A stretch of 64,000 nt of DNA from Thermodesulfobacteriota bacterium (GTDB lineage: Bacteria > Desulfobacterota_D > UBA1144 > Nemesobacterales > UBA2774): positions 1,120,001 to 1,184,000 of the forward strand of contig OZ244991.1 in the NCBI GenBank assembly GCA_965223335.1. The letters run 5' to 3'. This document shows, piece after piece, positions 40,070 to 49,973 of this stretch (its first letter is position 1; each line of letters begins with the position of its first letter). Position numbers and translations under genes: made by a program. Below the pieces are notes generated by a model. The model made no database searches, had not been told where the DNA came from, and saw nothing but the letters and a program-made list of their open reading frames with translations.

Positions 40070-40822
40070 TTAATATCCATAACTTAATCTTGTGGCCAGT
40101 TCTTCGGGCAATCCGGCCCTTATGATCTTGTTTTGGGCCTTTTCGATATCGTATTCGAGCCTAATATTTTCCACCGTTGCGTTTGACGTATCGTAGAGAC
40201 TGTACGAGGCCCTTGGGTCCCGGTCGCGGGGCTGGCCGACACTGCCCGGATTAATCAGGTACTTCGAATCGGTATTTAAACCTATGCGGGCATCATGATT
40301 TTCAGTGACCCGGTTGTGTTCATATACATAATTAACACTCACGTGTGTGTGTCCGAAAAAACATAGGTTGTGTTCGGTAAGAAGCGTAAATTCCTCAGCG
40401 GCGCTTGCGGTCCATTTTATGTATCTATCGGGGTGCGAAATGGCCCCGTGCACTCGTAAAAAGCCGTGCGAGCGCTCTATTTGAGGGAGACCCGAGAGAT
40501 AGTCCTTATGCTCTGGGCTAAGTGTGTCGCGTGTCCAGAGGACAGCCTGTTTTGCTATGGGGTTAAAGTTATCGGGGGTGCTCCGTCCCGAGGCCACAGC
40601 ATCGTGGTTGCCCATGATGCACGCTATCGCCATCTCTCTTATAATTGCTGTACAATCGTTCGGATCTGCCCCGTAGCCCACAATATCACCCAGGCCAAAA
40701 ACGGCTTCCACTCCTCTATTTCGGATGTCGTTTAAGACTTTTTCAAGTGCTTCCAGGTTAGCGTGGATATCCGAGATAATAGCTAAGATCAAAGGACCTA
40801 AACTCTTCTCCCCTTCATACAC
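40070..40822 (-). CDS. Calcineurin-like metallophosphoesterase (start may be ~40792)
   Basis: SDIHAN, GDIVGYG, GNHD, FGHTH, NPGSVGQPRD. Confidence 0.9.
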   Translation of the reverse strand: MYEGEKSLGPLILAIISDIHANLEALEKVLNDIRNRGVEAVFGLGDIVGYGADPNDCTAIIREMAIACIMGNHDAVASGRSTPDNFNPIAKQAVLWTRDTLSPEHKDYLSGLPQIERSHGFLRVHGAISHPDRYIKWTASAAEEFTLLTEHNLCFFGHTHVSVNYVYEHNRVTENHDARIGLNTDSKYLINPGSVGQPRDRDPRASYSLYDTSNATVENIRLEYDIEKAQNKIIRAGLPEELATRLSYGY

Positions 40823-40844
40823 AGGTGTGTATGAATAACCACTG

Positions 40845-42170
40845 TTATTGTATGATCACAACCCCTATGTCCATTACGTTTGTGCCCGTGGGCCCTGTAA
40901 TCACCAGGTCCCCGAGTTTTTGAAAGAAGTTGTAAGAGTCGTTTTTGGCCAGGTGGTCACGTGCGCTTACGTTTATCTCTCGTGCCTTTAGCCGTGATTG
41001 CCCGTCACATACCGCACCTGCTGCATCTATAGGTCCGTCGATTCCATCCGTATCGCAAAACAGGCCTACTATATTGTGCCCTATGATGTCCATTGCAAAC
41101 GAGAGCGCACACTCCGTGTTCCTGCCGCCCTTACCGCCCCCATACACAGTCACCGCTGTTTCCCCCCCGAATATTAGGCACGCGGGTTTTTTTACCGGCA
41201 TATCAAACCTCTCTACATCAAATGCAATGGCTGCGATGACCTTAGCCACATCTTTAGCTTCCCCGTAGACCTGTGAAGAGAGTATAAGGGTGTTGTACCC
41301 ATGCTCCTCGGCTTTTTGCTTGGACGAGATCAACGATATGTAATTACTCCCGACCACGATGGTTTGTACTTTGTCGTGGTCTATCTCGCCTTCCTTAAGC
41401 GTCTCGGGGACACTACCGCGTCTGCCGTCCTCGAGGTGGAGGACTATTTTAGGCGGGATAAGGTGCTCGATGCGCAGCGCCTCTATTACTCGGAGCGCAT
41501 CATCGTAGGTCGTGGGGTCTGCCACAGTAGGTCCCGAGGCTATTGCATCGAGCCTGTCGCTTACCACATTTGAAAGAACCAGCGTGATGACCTGTGAGGG
41601 CAGAGCCTTTTTGAGCAACCCCCCCCCTTTAATTGCAGAGATATGCTTTCTCACGGCGTTAAGCCCGTATTTGTCAACCCCCGATCCCAAAAGCGCGGCT
41701 GTGGCTTTCCTTGCGTCTTCAAACGAGATACCTGGCGAGGGCATTGTCAAAAGCGCGCTCCCCCCTCCCGAGATAAGAAAAATCACTATATCCTTTTCAC
41801 CCGATTTGTTTAAGATCGCACAAACCTTGTCTGCCGCCACAATGCTTTTGTCGTCGGGTACGGGGTGGCTCGATAGATAGAACTCCAAGTGTTTAAAATT
41901 AATTTCGGGTTTAGAATTAGTCACGATTATCCCCTCTGTAATCCTCTCCCCAAGGGTTTTCTCCACCGCCGATGCCATTGATGCAGCAGCCTTGCCTAAT
42001 GCAATCACATATATGTTGGAATGGTCATCCAGATTATAGCTCTTTTTTTCTACGGCAAGTGTGTTGTTCTCGAATGTTATGTGCTCGAGCACGCACTTTT
42101 CCGGGTTGGCTGCTTCCACGGCCTCATTGTAGATCTCAAAGACGTGTTTTCTAGGTTCTTCAAACTGCAT
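40845..42170 (-). CDS. Glycerate 2-kinase (MOFRL/TtuD family)
   Basis: GKAAASM, SHPVPD, LISGGGSAL, IASGPT, GGETAV, GGRN, DGIDG, TGTNVMD. Confidence 0.9.
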   Translation of the reverse strand: MQFEEPRKHVFEIYNEAVEAANPEKCVLEHITFENNTLAVEKKSYNLDDHSNIYVIALGKAAASMASAVEKTLGERITEGIIVTNSKPEINFKHLEFYLSSHPVPDDKSIVAADKVCAILNKSGEKDIVIFLISGGGSALLTMPSPGISFEDARKATAALLGSGVDKYGLNAVRKHISAIKGGGLLKKALPSQVITLVLSNVVSDRLDAIASGPTVADPTTYDDALRVIEALRIEHLIPPKIVLHLEDGRRGSVPETLKEGEIDHDKVQTIVVGSNYISLISSKQKAEEHGYNTLILSSQVYGEAKDVAKVIAAIAFDVERFDMPVKKPACLIFGGETAVTVYGGGKGGRNTECALSFAMDIIGHNIVGLFCDTDGIDGPIDAAGAVCDGQSRLKAREINVSARDHLAKNDSYNFFQKLGDLVITGPTGTNVMDIGVVIIQ

Positions 42171-42185
42171 AATGGTCTCTAGGTT

Positions 42186-42662
42186 TTATTTGCCGTTTTT
42201 AAGTTCTTCTATAAGTTTGTCTATATCTGCTTTTGTGAGGTTCTCGTAGAGATCGTCGTCCACGAGCATCACGGGGGCAGTACCACACGATGCCAGGCAC
42301 TCTGCCTCCATCAATGTAATCTTACCGTCTGCGGTTGTTTCACCGGTTTTAACCTTTAGGGTTTCGGATAAGTAGTGCTCGACATGCTCTGCACCCCTAA
42401 GTGCGCACGATAGTGTGCGGCAGAGCCAGATTACATGCTTGCCGACCGGCTCGGTAAAAAACATTGTATAGAATGTAGCGACGTTTTGGACATTTGAAGA
42501 GTGGATACCCAACAGATCGGCTATACCCTGCATCCTTTCGTTGCTAAGCCATCCGTAGTGGTTTTGCACCTCTCTCATCACTGGTATCAGTGCAGATTGG
42601 TTTGTCTCGGATTTATCAATGATTTGTTGTAAGTGATCTTCTAGCTCTTTGGGGAATTGCAT
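42186..42662 (-). CDS. nuoE: NADH-quinone oxidoreductase subunit E ([2Fe-2S])
   Basis: VATFYTMF, CRTLSCALRG, ECLASCGTAP, YENLT. Confidence 0.92.
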   Translation of the reverse strand: MQFPKELEDHLQQIIDKSETNQSALIPVMREVQNHYGWLSNERMQGIADLLGIHSSNVQNVATFYTMFFTEPVGKHVIWLCRTLSCALRGAEHVEHYLSETLKVKTGETTADGKITLMEAECLASCGTAPVMLVDDDLYENLTKADIDKLIEELKNGK

Positions 42663-42881
42663 ATGAAATACCTCTAAAATCTTTGACGCTGATTAAGATT
42701 ACACGGTTTGCCCCTATTCGCAAGACTCGGGTTTGGCGCGCCCCGAAATGCTTGAATAGATCGTCATTTGGCTATAAATTTAGTTGGCGTATATCAATTA
42801 GTTGTGTCCGATCGGCTGGATTAATCCAGTGCACGTTGGTTTTAAGCTGAATCAAAACATTTTGAATAAAGAGGCTATGAT

Positions 42882-43349
42882 ATGTTGGGAGCAATTAAGA
42901 AATTATTAGGTCATAAAAACCAATCGTCCGATGTTCTGAGCAGTGCCGAGAGAGAAGAAAGGATAAAGGTTGCGACTTGTGTAATATTGATCGAGTCTGC
43001 AACAGCAGATGAACACTTTTCCAACGAGGAGCAACAGAAGGTTATAAACATTCTAAAAACCGAGTTTAATCTGACCGATGATGCGGTCCGTGAGCTAATA
43101 GAGGAATCCGAAACGCAGCGCCAAAACACTAGCGACCTCTGGTATTTTACGGATCAGATCAACCAGAACTTCACCAATGAAGAAAAATACGAACTCATGG
43201 AGAAAGTATGGGAGGTTATATACTCAGACGGCACATTGGATAAGTACGAGAACTACATGGCCCATAAGTTATCGAACCTGCTTCGGATCGATCACTCAAA
43301 ATTCATAGAACTTAAAATGCAAGTAAAAGAGAAACTAAATATACAATAA
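42882..43349 (+). CDS. TerB-family protein
   Basis: ATCVILIE..ADEHFS.EE, WEVIYSDGTLDKYE pattern. Confidence 0.82.
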   Translation: MLGAIKKLLGHKNQSSDVLSSAEREERIKVATCVILIESATADEHFSNEEQQKVINILKTEFNLTDDAVRELIEESETQRQNTSDLWYFTDQINQNFTNEEKYELMEKVWEVIYSDGTLDKYENYMAHKLSNLLRIDHSKFIELKMQVKEKLNIQ

Positions 43350-43400
43350 TCAGTATGCATTAGATAATTTTTGGTGAAACTTTCTGACCACCGTTAGGGT

Positions 43401-44705
43401 GTGGAGCAGGTCTTGAATCTTACTAGTGTAAATAGGCGCGTTGCAGTAATCTCAGGTCTTAGAACCCCTTTTGCCATACCTGACTCAGTTTATGTGAATT
43501 TAGATGCTTACGATCTGGGGAAGGCTGTGATTCACGAGCTCCTAAACCGCTCGGAGATTGACCCCTCTTGGATCGATAGAGTTTACTTTGGCAGCGCTAT
43601 CCCCAGTAGCGGGACTGAGAACTTAGCAAATGAAATCTCTGGGCGCAGCACTATCCCAAGTGAAGTACCAGCTCTAAGTCTCTTGGGGTCGTCACTTTCT
43701 GGTGTACAGGCCGTTACCTCTGCAGTGGACAGCATCAGTCTTGGGTTTGCGGACGTAGTGTTGGCGGGCGGGGTAGAGTCGATTACTCATGCACGGCTGC
43801 AAAGTCTCTTAAAGAATAATCCTACTACACGACGTTTAAAAACATCTAAAAGTTTGTTTGAACGTATCAGATCGGTAAAAAAGCAAGCTGAACCTGGTAT
43901 TGTGCCCGAAATTACTTTGTTGGACGGTGGGCGGAGTGATTGTAACGGGTTGGTCCATGCAGATAGGCTTGCTTTGGATTTTCAAATCTCTAGAGCACGA
44001 CAGGACGACTACGCACTTACAAGCCACAGCAGAGCTACAGCCGCCCACGAAACCATAATACATAACTACATTGCCGATCTTTATGTACCGCCGGATTATA
44101 CCCACGTCAATAAAACAGACAGCTTCCTGCAGAAAAGCCTAGAAATCGAATCGTTAAGTGCATTTGAACCCCTAAGCCCGTGGGATCTGGGCACTGTTAC
44201 CGAGGGCAACTCGGCCCCCTTAGCAGACGGTGCATCGGCCCTCTTGCTTATGGCTGAGGATACTGCAAGATCGCTTGGGTACGAGCCTAGTTTATTTATA
44301 CGGGGCTATGCATATGCGTCTGCGCATAACGAGAAAGATAGATTTTTGACTACATACAGTTCTACAGTCGAGGCATTGAGAAGGTCCAGTATTGCTATAG
44401 GCGAGATTGAGCTTATTGAAATGCACGAGTTATTCGCCGCCGAGGTAATTGCAAATTGTCAATTGTTCGGACGTAACACTGAGGCGGGTATAAAGCAAAA
44501 CCGTGAGCAGTCTAGTTGGATGGACCGTATTAGAGTTAACCCGCTCGGGGGATCGATTGCGGTCGGGCATCCCCCAGCTGCAACACCTGGGCGATTAATC
44601 ATCAATATGCTGGTACAGACTACTCAGAGAGAGTGGTCTTTGGGGCTTTGCTCTGTATCCACTATGGAGGGGCAAGGGTGCACAATGATCCTAGAGAGGG
44701 CTTAG
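43401..44705 (+). CDS. FadI-like thiolase-fold protein with both catalytic cysteines apparently replaced
   Basis: GLRTPF, AGGVES, GTVTEGNSAPLADGASA, HELFAA, NPLGGSIAVGHP; Ser at both catalytic Cys positions. Confidence 0.82.
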   Translation: MEQVLNLTSVNRRVAVISGLRTPFAIPDSVYVNLDAYDLGKAVIHELLNRSEIDPSWIDRVYFGSAIPSSGTENLANEISGRSTIPSEVPALSLLGSSLSGVQAVTSAVDSISLGFADVVLAGGVESITHARLQSLLKNNPTTRRLKTSKSLFERIRSVKKQAEPGIVPEITLLDGGRSDCNGLVHADRLALDFQISRARQDDYALTSHSRATAAHETIIHNYIADLYVPPDYTHVNKTDSFLQKSLEIESLSAFEPLSPWDLGTVTEGNSAPLADGASALLLMAEDTARSLGYEPSLFIRGYAYASAHNEKDRFLTTYSSTVEALRRSSIAIGEIELIEMHELFAAEVIANCQLFGRNTEAGIKQNREQSSWMDRIRVNPLGGSIAVGHPPAATPGRLIINMLVQTTQREWSLGLCSVSTMEGQGCTMILERA

Positions 44706-44709
44706 AATT

Positions 44710-46872
44710 TTGAATACCGAGTCTATTAGAAATTTTAGTATTGATACCGGCCCTCGCGGGGTTGCTTTGCTTAGAATAGGCACGCCCGATAATTCCCGCA
44801 ACAAACTCGGAGCCTATTTTATCGATGAGCTCCGGGGGTTTATTGAGGGCTTAACAGAGGATTTTACATTGATTGAGAGCCGCGATGAGATAAGAGCGGT
44901 TGTAATACTCAGTACTCTCAAAAACGATTTTATATCAGGGTACGACCTAGATGAGATCTTAAAATTCAGGTATTCGGACGAGGGCAGGGAGGCAAGTCTT
45001 AGGGCACAGGAGTTGATGAAGAAGATCGAAGATTCCAATATACCGATAATTGCGGCTATAAACGGCGGCTGTCTTGGAATTGGGCTTGAACTCGTGCTGG
45101 CTTCTACCTATAGTGTTTCGACACTCGACACACACACCATTTTTGGATTTCCTGATATTAAGCTTGGACTCATTCCCTTTGCAGGCAGTCTCGGGCGCCT
45201 AACCACTAGAGTGGGTTATCGCAAGGCTCTCGATATGGTAGTTGGTGGAGAGCCTGTCCGCAGCGAGCGGGCTGTAAGTTTGGGCTTAATCGACGAGGCG
45301 GTTCCAAAGCCCTTGCTCGAGGACGTGGCGGTTAAAAGGGCGATTGAAATTTTTAATAAAGAGCTTGTACCCAAAAGACGCACCTCGACACAGGTTTTAA
45401 AAGATTATTTGTTTAGGAGCCGTGTGTTTCAGGGAATGATCTTTAGGGGATACGAGAGCAGATCCGCTAATGATGCAATTGACGATCTGCCCACGGTGGC
45501 TATGGCGCTTGAGGTATTCGGGGTAAGCGCATCCAGTGTTAGTCGGGGCTTGCACGCGGAATCCCTCTATTTCGGCGAGCTTGCTGTGAATAGCAAGGTC
45601 AAAGAAAACATACGCATCGAAAACGCACTAGAGAACGCCCGGCGCAAAAACAGCTCGCACACAGAGGTTCCGGGCCCGGAAATAACAAAGGTCACAGTAG
45701 TTGGAGACTATGGTATAGCCCCCATTGCAGCCAGTATAGCTTTGGGCGGTGAATGTGAGGTTAGGGTAGTGGCCCGTGACCATATTCGGGCGGGTGCGGT
45801 GTTAAAAGAAACTCACAGACTGCTAGCCAATATGACGGCTAATGGCAATATTTCTGCTACTGAACTCCGCAATAAATTCGACCTTATCACTGCGACAACA
45901 GAATATACCGGCATACGTAATGCCCAGGTCGTTTTGGAATCGGTGGGCAATAATCTATCCGAGAAACTTAGCGTGCTCGAAAAAGTAGAGCGGATTTCGG
46001 GTCCCGACACCCTATATTCGACCCATGTCCAAGCAGAGCCTATATCAAAAATTAGGCAGTCCTCTAAACGCCCTCTCAATATAATGGGCATCCGCTTCTA
46101 TCGACCGATTATCGATAACCCTATGCTTGAGCTGGTTGTAAATAAAGAGAGTCCCGAACCCATACTTGCTATGGCAGAGAAGTTTGTATCTGTGCTCGGC
46201 AAGGCCGCTATACGTGTGGCCGATATCCCCGGGTTTTACACCGAGCGGCTGCTCGTAGCGTTTCTAAACGAAGCGGTTCATATAGTGAGTGAAGGAGTCG
46301 ATGCAACAAGCGTCGACGATTCTGCACTAAGCCTTGGGTTTACACACGCTCCCCTATCGCTACTCGACAACAAGGGCATAGACGACTATCTCGATACTGC
46401 ACAATTGCTATCGGCTGTGATTGGGGAGAGGTTCGATCCCCCTCCGCTGCTAAAGGAGTTAGTCGGGTCCGATAGGCTTGGCAAAAAGAGCGGAGAGGGT
46501 TTTTATCTATATAGCGGGGGTTCAAAAAGGATTGCAAGACGCGTGGCCAAACTATTGCCCGGTAAAAATACCGAGCCCTTTATTTCGGTGGAACAGATAC
46601 AACACAGACTCCTATACGCTATAATTTCCGAGGCCCTCGCAAGTTATGAGCTGGGCATTATAGAGTCTCCATTGGATGGCGACCTGGGGGCTGTGTATGG
46701 TCTCGGGTTCCCAAAGCATATGGGCGGGCCGTTTAGTTATGTGGATAGCCTGGGGGCATCCGAGGTGCTAAAGAACCTCCACAACCTGGGCATAGCCTAT
46801 AAACCCAGATACCAATGCCCCGAGCTGATCAAACAATACGCTATAGACGAGAAACTGTTCTATGCCCAATGA
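44710..46872 (+). CDS. FadJ/FadB-like multifunctional beta-oxidation alpha-subunit homologue, degenerate active sites
   Basis: Crotonase domain (AAINGGCLGIGLEL), HAD domain (PGFYTERLL, LGKKSGEGFY, GLGFP..GGPF); 720 aa directly after the thiolase homologue. Confidence 0.85.
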   Translation: MNTESIRNFSIDTGPRGVALLRIGTPDNSRNKLGAYFIDELRGFIEGLTEDFTLIESRDEIRAVVILSTLKNDFISGYDLDEILKFRYSDEGREASLRAQELMKKIEDSNIPIIAAINGGCLGIGLELVLASTYSVSTLDTHTIFGFPDIKLGLIPFAGSLGRLTTRVGYRKALDMVVGGEPVRSERAVSLGLIDEAVPKPLLEDVAVKRAIEIFNKELVPKRRTSTQVLKDYLFRSRVFQGMIFRGYESRSANDAIDDLPTVAMALEVFGVSASSVSRGLHAESLYFGELAVNSKVKENIRIENALENARRKNSSHTEVPGPEITKVTVVGDYGIAPIAASIALGGECEVRVVARDHIRAGAVLKETHRLLANMTANGNISATELRNKFDLITATTEYTGIRNAQVVLESVGNNLSEKLSVLEKVERISGPDTLYSTHVQAEPISKIRQSSKRPLNIMGIRFYRPIIDNPMLELVVNKESPEPILAMAEKFVSVLGKAAIRVADIPGFYTERLLVAFLNEAVHIVSEGVDATSVDDSALSLGFTHAPLSLLDNKGIDDYLDTAQLLSAVIGERFDPPPLLKELVGSDRLGKKSGEGFYLYSGGSKRIARRVAKLLPGKNTEPFISVEQIQHRLLYAIISEALASYELGIIESPLDGDLGAVYGLGFPKHMGGPFSYVDSLGASEVLKNLHNLGIAYKPRYQCPELIKQYAIDEKLFYAQ

Positions 46873-46990
46873 TTTCCGATGCAGTCCCCTTAGTTTGCGG
46901 TTTGCAACTCATTATTGGGCACGTGGCTATATTTACATTTGGTTATCAGCCGTAATAATATATGGGTCAATTAATCTTCCAGTGTCATAA

Positions 46991-47833
46991 ATGAATACAG
47001 ATAAAGTAAAACGCAGTAAACGCATCATCCTTATTCTCTCGGCGCTCGGCCTCTTAGTATCACTCTATCTTTCCTATCTGCATATTACGGATTCACAGGC
47101 CGGGTTTTGTACCGCAGGGTCTGCCTGCGATGCGGTACGCATGAGTGAGTACTCGTCGCTGCTCGGTATACCGGTTGCTGCTTATGGGGTCATCGCATTC
47201 GGGCTTATATGGGTACTAAGCCTTCTCACGCTCAAAGAAAGGGTAAGGTGGCTCGCACTCTATGTGGTATCTCTCGGGGGTGTGGCCTTCTCACTATACC
47301 TAACTTACATCGAACTGTTTGTGATCGATGCCATATGTGTCTATTGTGTAGCATCGGCAGTTATCATACTGCTCGTATTCATTACCGTCCTCCTCAGCAA
47401 ACCTTTTTTGGATAAAGGACTTTCTACGCTATCCAAGGTAGCTCTTAGTGTAGTGGTAGCGGCCGCCGTGGTGTTCGGTTCCGCTATGATACAGTCGATT
47501 AGCGTAGGTACACAGGCCGGGGCTGCGAATGAGTACCAGACAGGCCTTGCCAAGCATCTAAGAAAAAACGGGGCCATTATGTTCGGATCGTTTAAATGCC
47601 CTCACTGCAACGAACAGAAAAAACTGTTCGGCGACGCCTTTAAATACATAGCTTATGTTGAATGTCACCCCAAAGGTGAAAATGCCAACCCGTCCCTGTG
47701 CTTTGCGCGCGGCATACTAAACTACCCGACTTGGGAAATAAAGGGCAGGCACTACTCGGGCGCACTCAGCCTAGAAGACCTCTCCAAACTATCCGGGTTT
47801 AAATACGATAAACCTCAAACTAATGGGGAGTAA
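46991..47833 (+). CDS. VKOR-thioredoxin-like fusion (disulfide bond formation)
   Basis: Loop cysteines CTAGSAC, GIPVA, TM CVYC; C-terminal CPHC..QK.LFG and YVEC...YPTW. Confidence 0.9.
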   Translation: MNTDKVKRSKRIILILSALGLLVSLYLSYLHITDSQAGFCTAGSACDAVRMSEYSSLLGIPVAAYGVIAFGLIWVLSLLTLKERVRWLALYVVSLGGVAFSLYLTYIELFVIDAICVYCVASAVIILLVFITVLLSKPFLDKGLSTLSKVALSVVVAAAVVFGSAMIQSISVGTQAGAANEYQTGLAKHLRKNGAIMFGSFKCPHCNEQKKLFGDAFKYIAYVECHPKGENANPSLCFARGILNYPTWEIKGRHYSGALSLEDLSKLSGFKYDKPQTNGE

Positions 47834-47890
47834 CACAAGTTTTTACGTCCGATTCCCCCGGCAACATATTCTGTACACTATGTTGGGGAA

Positions 47891-48220
47891 TCATCTCTCT
47901 TTAGCTTTTTCCTCGTAAGCCTGCTGTACATAGTTGCCTTCAACGTCCAAAAGCTTAATACCCATCCTCGACGGCAGCCCCGGCAAGTAACGTGTGGACC
48001 ATTTCACCACACCCTGTACACATAGGTCCGTGCTGTTTGTTTCGTTCTCGTTTCTCAAAAAATCTATCACGACTTTTGTGCCCGGGGGAAAAATCCTGCG
48101 AGATTCGAGTTTAAGGCCGTTTCTCGAGATGTTGAGAACGTAGCCGTAAAACTCTGGTTTGGTCATCCCGTGCTTTATTCTCTTTCTATATATGACTCTG
48201 CGGGTATCGCGCCTCTCCAT
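47891..48220 (-). CDS. Single-domain PilZ protein (c-di-GMP receptor)
   Basis: ERRDTRR (RxxxR) and NISRNG ([D/N]xSxxG), GVVKW, MGIK. Confidence 0.8.
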   Translation of the reverse strand: MERRDTRRVIYRKRIKHGMTKPEFYGYVLNISRNGLKLESRRIFPPGTKVVIDFLRNENETNSTDLCVQGVVKWSTRYLPGLPSRMGIKLLDVEGNYVQQAYEEKAKER

Positions 48221-48393
48221 CTGTCTATTATAAATTATTATGCAAATTGAGAACAGAGTAAACCGCCAACTAATCGACATTCAATGTTTAATAATTTCAT
48301 TAGATTAGGAGCTTTGTGGCGGGTAAAGTAGGAGTTATAATATATATATAAATCGTCTTGATTATTGTTGTGACGATTGGGGAGGTGAATGTT

Positions 48394-48690
48394 ATGGCTG
48401 ACGGAGAATTAGGACACGATGTAGAGAAGTTAAAAGAGGATATTTCCGTTATTCGTGATGACCTCACACAGATTACGGAGAAGCTCTTTAGTAAAGGCAA
48501 GGCCGAATCGGCCCAGATTAAGGACAAGATTGTAAGTGGGATTGGGGACGAGTTTGAAAGTGTAAGCAAAAAGGGCAAAGCCAAGGCCGATGATCTTGAG
48601 AATAAGGTCAAAGAAAAACCTTTGCTAAGCATACTCATTGCGTTTATAGTCGGGTTGCTTCTGGGTAAGTTGTTTGATCCCAAAAGGTAG
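48394..48690 (+). CDS. ElaB/YqjD/DUF883-family tail-anchored protein
   Basis: GGAGGTG RBS; charged helix followed by VKEKPLLSILIAFIVGLLLG. Confidence 0.82.
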   Translation: MADGELGHDVEKLKEDISVIRDDLTQITEKLFSKGKAESAQIKDKIVSGIGDEFESVSKKGKAKADDLENKVKEKPLLSILIAFIVGLLLGKLFDPKR

Positions 48691-48695
48691 GAGAC

Positions 48696-49169
48696 TTGGG
48701 TTTGTCACTAATCACTAGACTCGTACTCAGTCTGTTCGGTAAGGATCAGGTAGTGGTCGAGGAGCTGGTCTCAAAGCTCTTAGTACTGGCAATTATGTTT
48801 GTAGTGGTCTGGATCCTCGGGTTTTTGGGTGTGGGTTTTCTATTATGGGCGTTTTATCTGTTCCTCGCGACTAAATTCATAGCATGGCAGGCTGCTTTAA
48901 TCACCGGGGTGTCCGCGTTTGTGCTTATAGGTTTATTGGCTATAGCGCTTAGTGTGATCAGGGGCTATGTAATCAGGCCTAAAAAGTCTTCTGGAACCGA
49001 GCCGGCTCATCATGATATGACAGAAGCTGTGGATCTCATTAGGAGCCATCCACTCGAGTCTGGGGTGCTAGCAATGGCGCTTGGGTTCACATCCAGTTCC
49101 TCCCCCGAGTTTAAATCTGTTTTATCCGATATAGTGTGGGTATTAAAAGAGGAATCGGTGTCCAAGTAG
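48696..49169 (+). CDS. Membrane protein, YqjE/holin-X-like partner of DUF883
   Basis: Two long TM segments; immediately follows the DUF883 gene. Confidence 0.6.
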   Translation: MGLSLITRLVLSLFGKDQVVVEELVSKLLVLAIMFVVVWILGFLGVGFLLWAFYLFLATKFIAWQAALITGVSAFVLIGLLAIALSVIRGYVIRPKKSSGTEPAHHDMTEAVDLIRSHPLESGVLAMALGFTSSSSPEFKSVLSDIVWVLKEESVSK

Positions 49170-49188
49170 GGTAATCACTTAATACCTG

Positions 49189-49884
49189 CTAATAATTTCT
49201 CGACTCGTCTATAAATCTTCTAAAAATCCTTTTTGAATAAATAGTTGTTTCCAGTTCCGGGTGCCACTGCACTCCCAGAATGAAATGCTCTCCCTTACTC
49301 TCCAGAGCTTCTACCATATCGTCATTGGACAGGCCCGATACCATTAGGTTCTTGCCGATCTTATCTACTGACTGGTGATGATAGCTCTTAACGGTAATTT
49401 CTGGGACCTTTACAATACTGCGCAGCGTTGTGTTTTTTTCTATCCTGACTTTGTGTTCCTTACCGTTTTCGTGTTCAAGTGCCTCGGGCACAAGCGATTT
49501 TAGGTCCTGGTACAAACTCCCGCCGAAATATACGTTAATAAGCTGCATCCCCCCGCAGATTCCCAAAATCGGTTTTCTGAGAGATACCGCTGTCCTTGTG
49601 ACCTCAAACTCTGCAACGGTACGCTCGGCGTCCATCGGCCTTAGTTTAGGGTGGGGTTTTTGTTTGTAGTGCTTGGGGTCCATGTCCCTTGAGCCCGGGA
49701 TCAAAATGCCGTCCATCCTAGCTACTGTAGCCGAGACGACACTTTTTGATGAGTTTGTGGGAATGAGCATTGGTATCCCGCCGTTTTTGGCCACGGCCTC
49801 CGAGTATTTAGCCTCGATTTGGTTATGGTTCTCCCTCGTGTCTGTGGTTATTCCAATTAGGGGTTTTGATCTGGTTTTTTTCAT
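49189..49884 (-). CDS. Class I glutamine amidotransferase-like, peptidase C26 (PuuD-like)
   Basis: PLIGIT, PILGICGGMQLINV, SYHHQSV, GVQWHPE. Confidence 0.9.
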   Translation of the reverse strand: MKKTRSKPLIGITTDTRENHNQIEAKYSEAVAKNGGIPMLIPTNSSKSVVSATVARMDGILIPGSRDMDPKHYKQKPHPKLRPMDAERTVAEFEVTRTAVSLRKPILGICGGMQLINVYFGGSLYQDLKSLVPEALEHENGKEHKVRIEKNTTLRSIVKVPEITVKSYHHQSVDKIGKNLMVSGLSNDDMVEALESKGEHFILGVQWHPELETTIYSKRIFRRFIDESRNY

Positions 49885-49973
49885 AGAGTGGTGTTGCGAA
49901 TCTAGTAGGATTTAGTGTTATTAAAAATAAAAAATGTTTGGCAATTACCAATAGTGAATTATTCTTATAGTCG

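Noticed and set aside
43401..46872. Calling the fadI/fadJ-like pair pseudogenes
   Set aside because: No frameshift, internal stop or truncation; reported as degenerate CDSs instead.
48696..49169. Holin-like gene as prophage evidence
   Set aside because: DUF883 plus YqjE-like pairs are ordinary chromosomal genes; no phage genes nearby.
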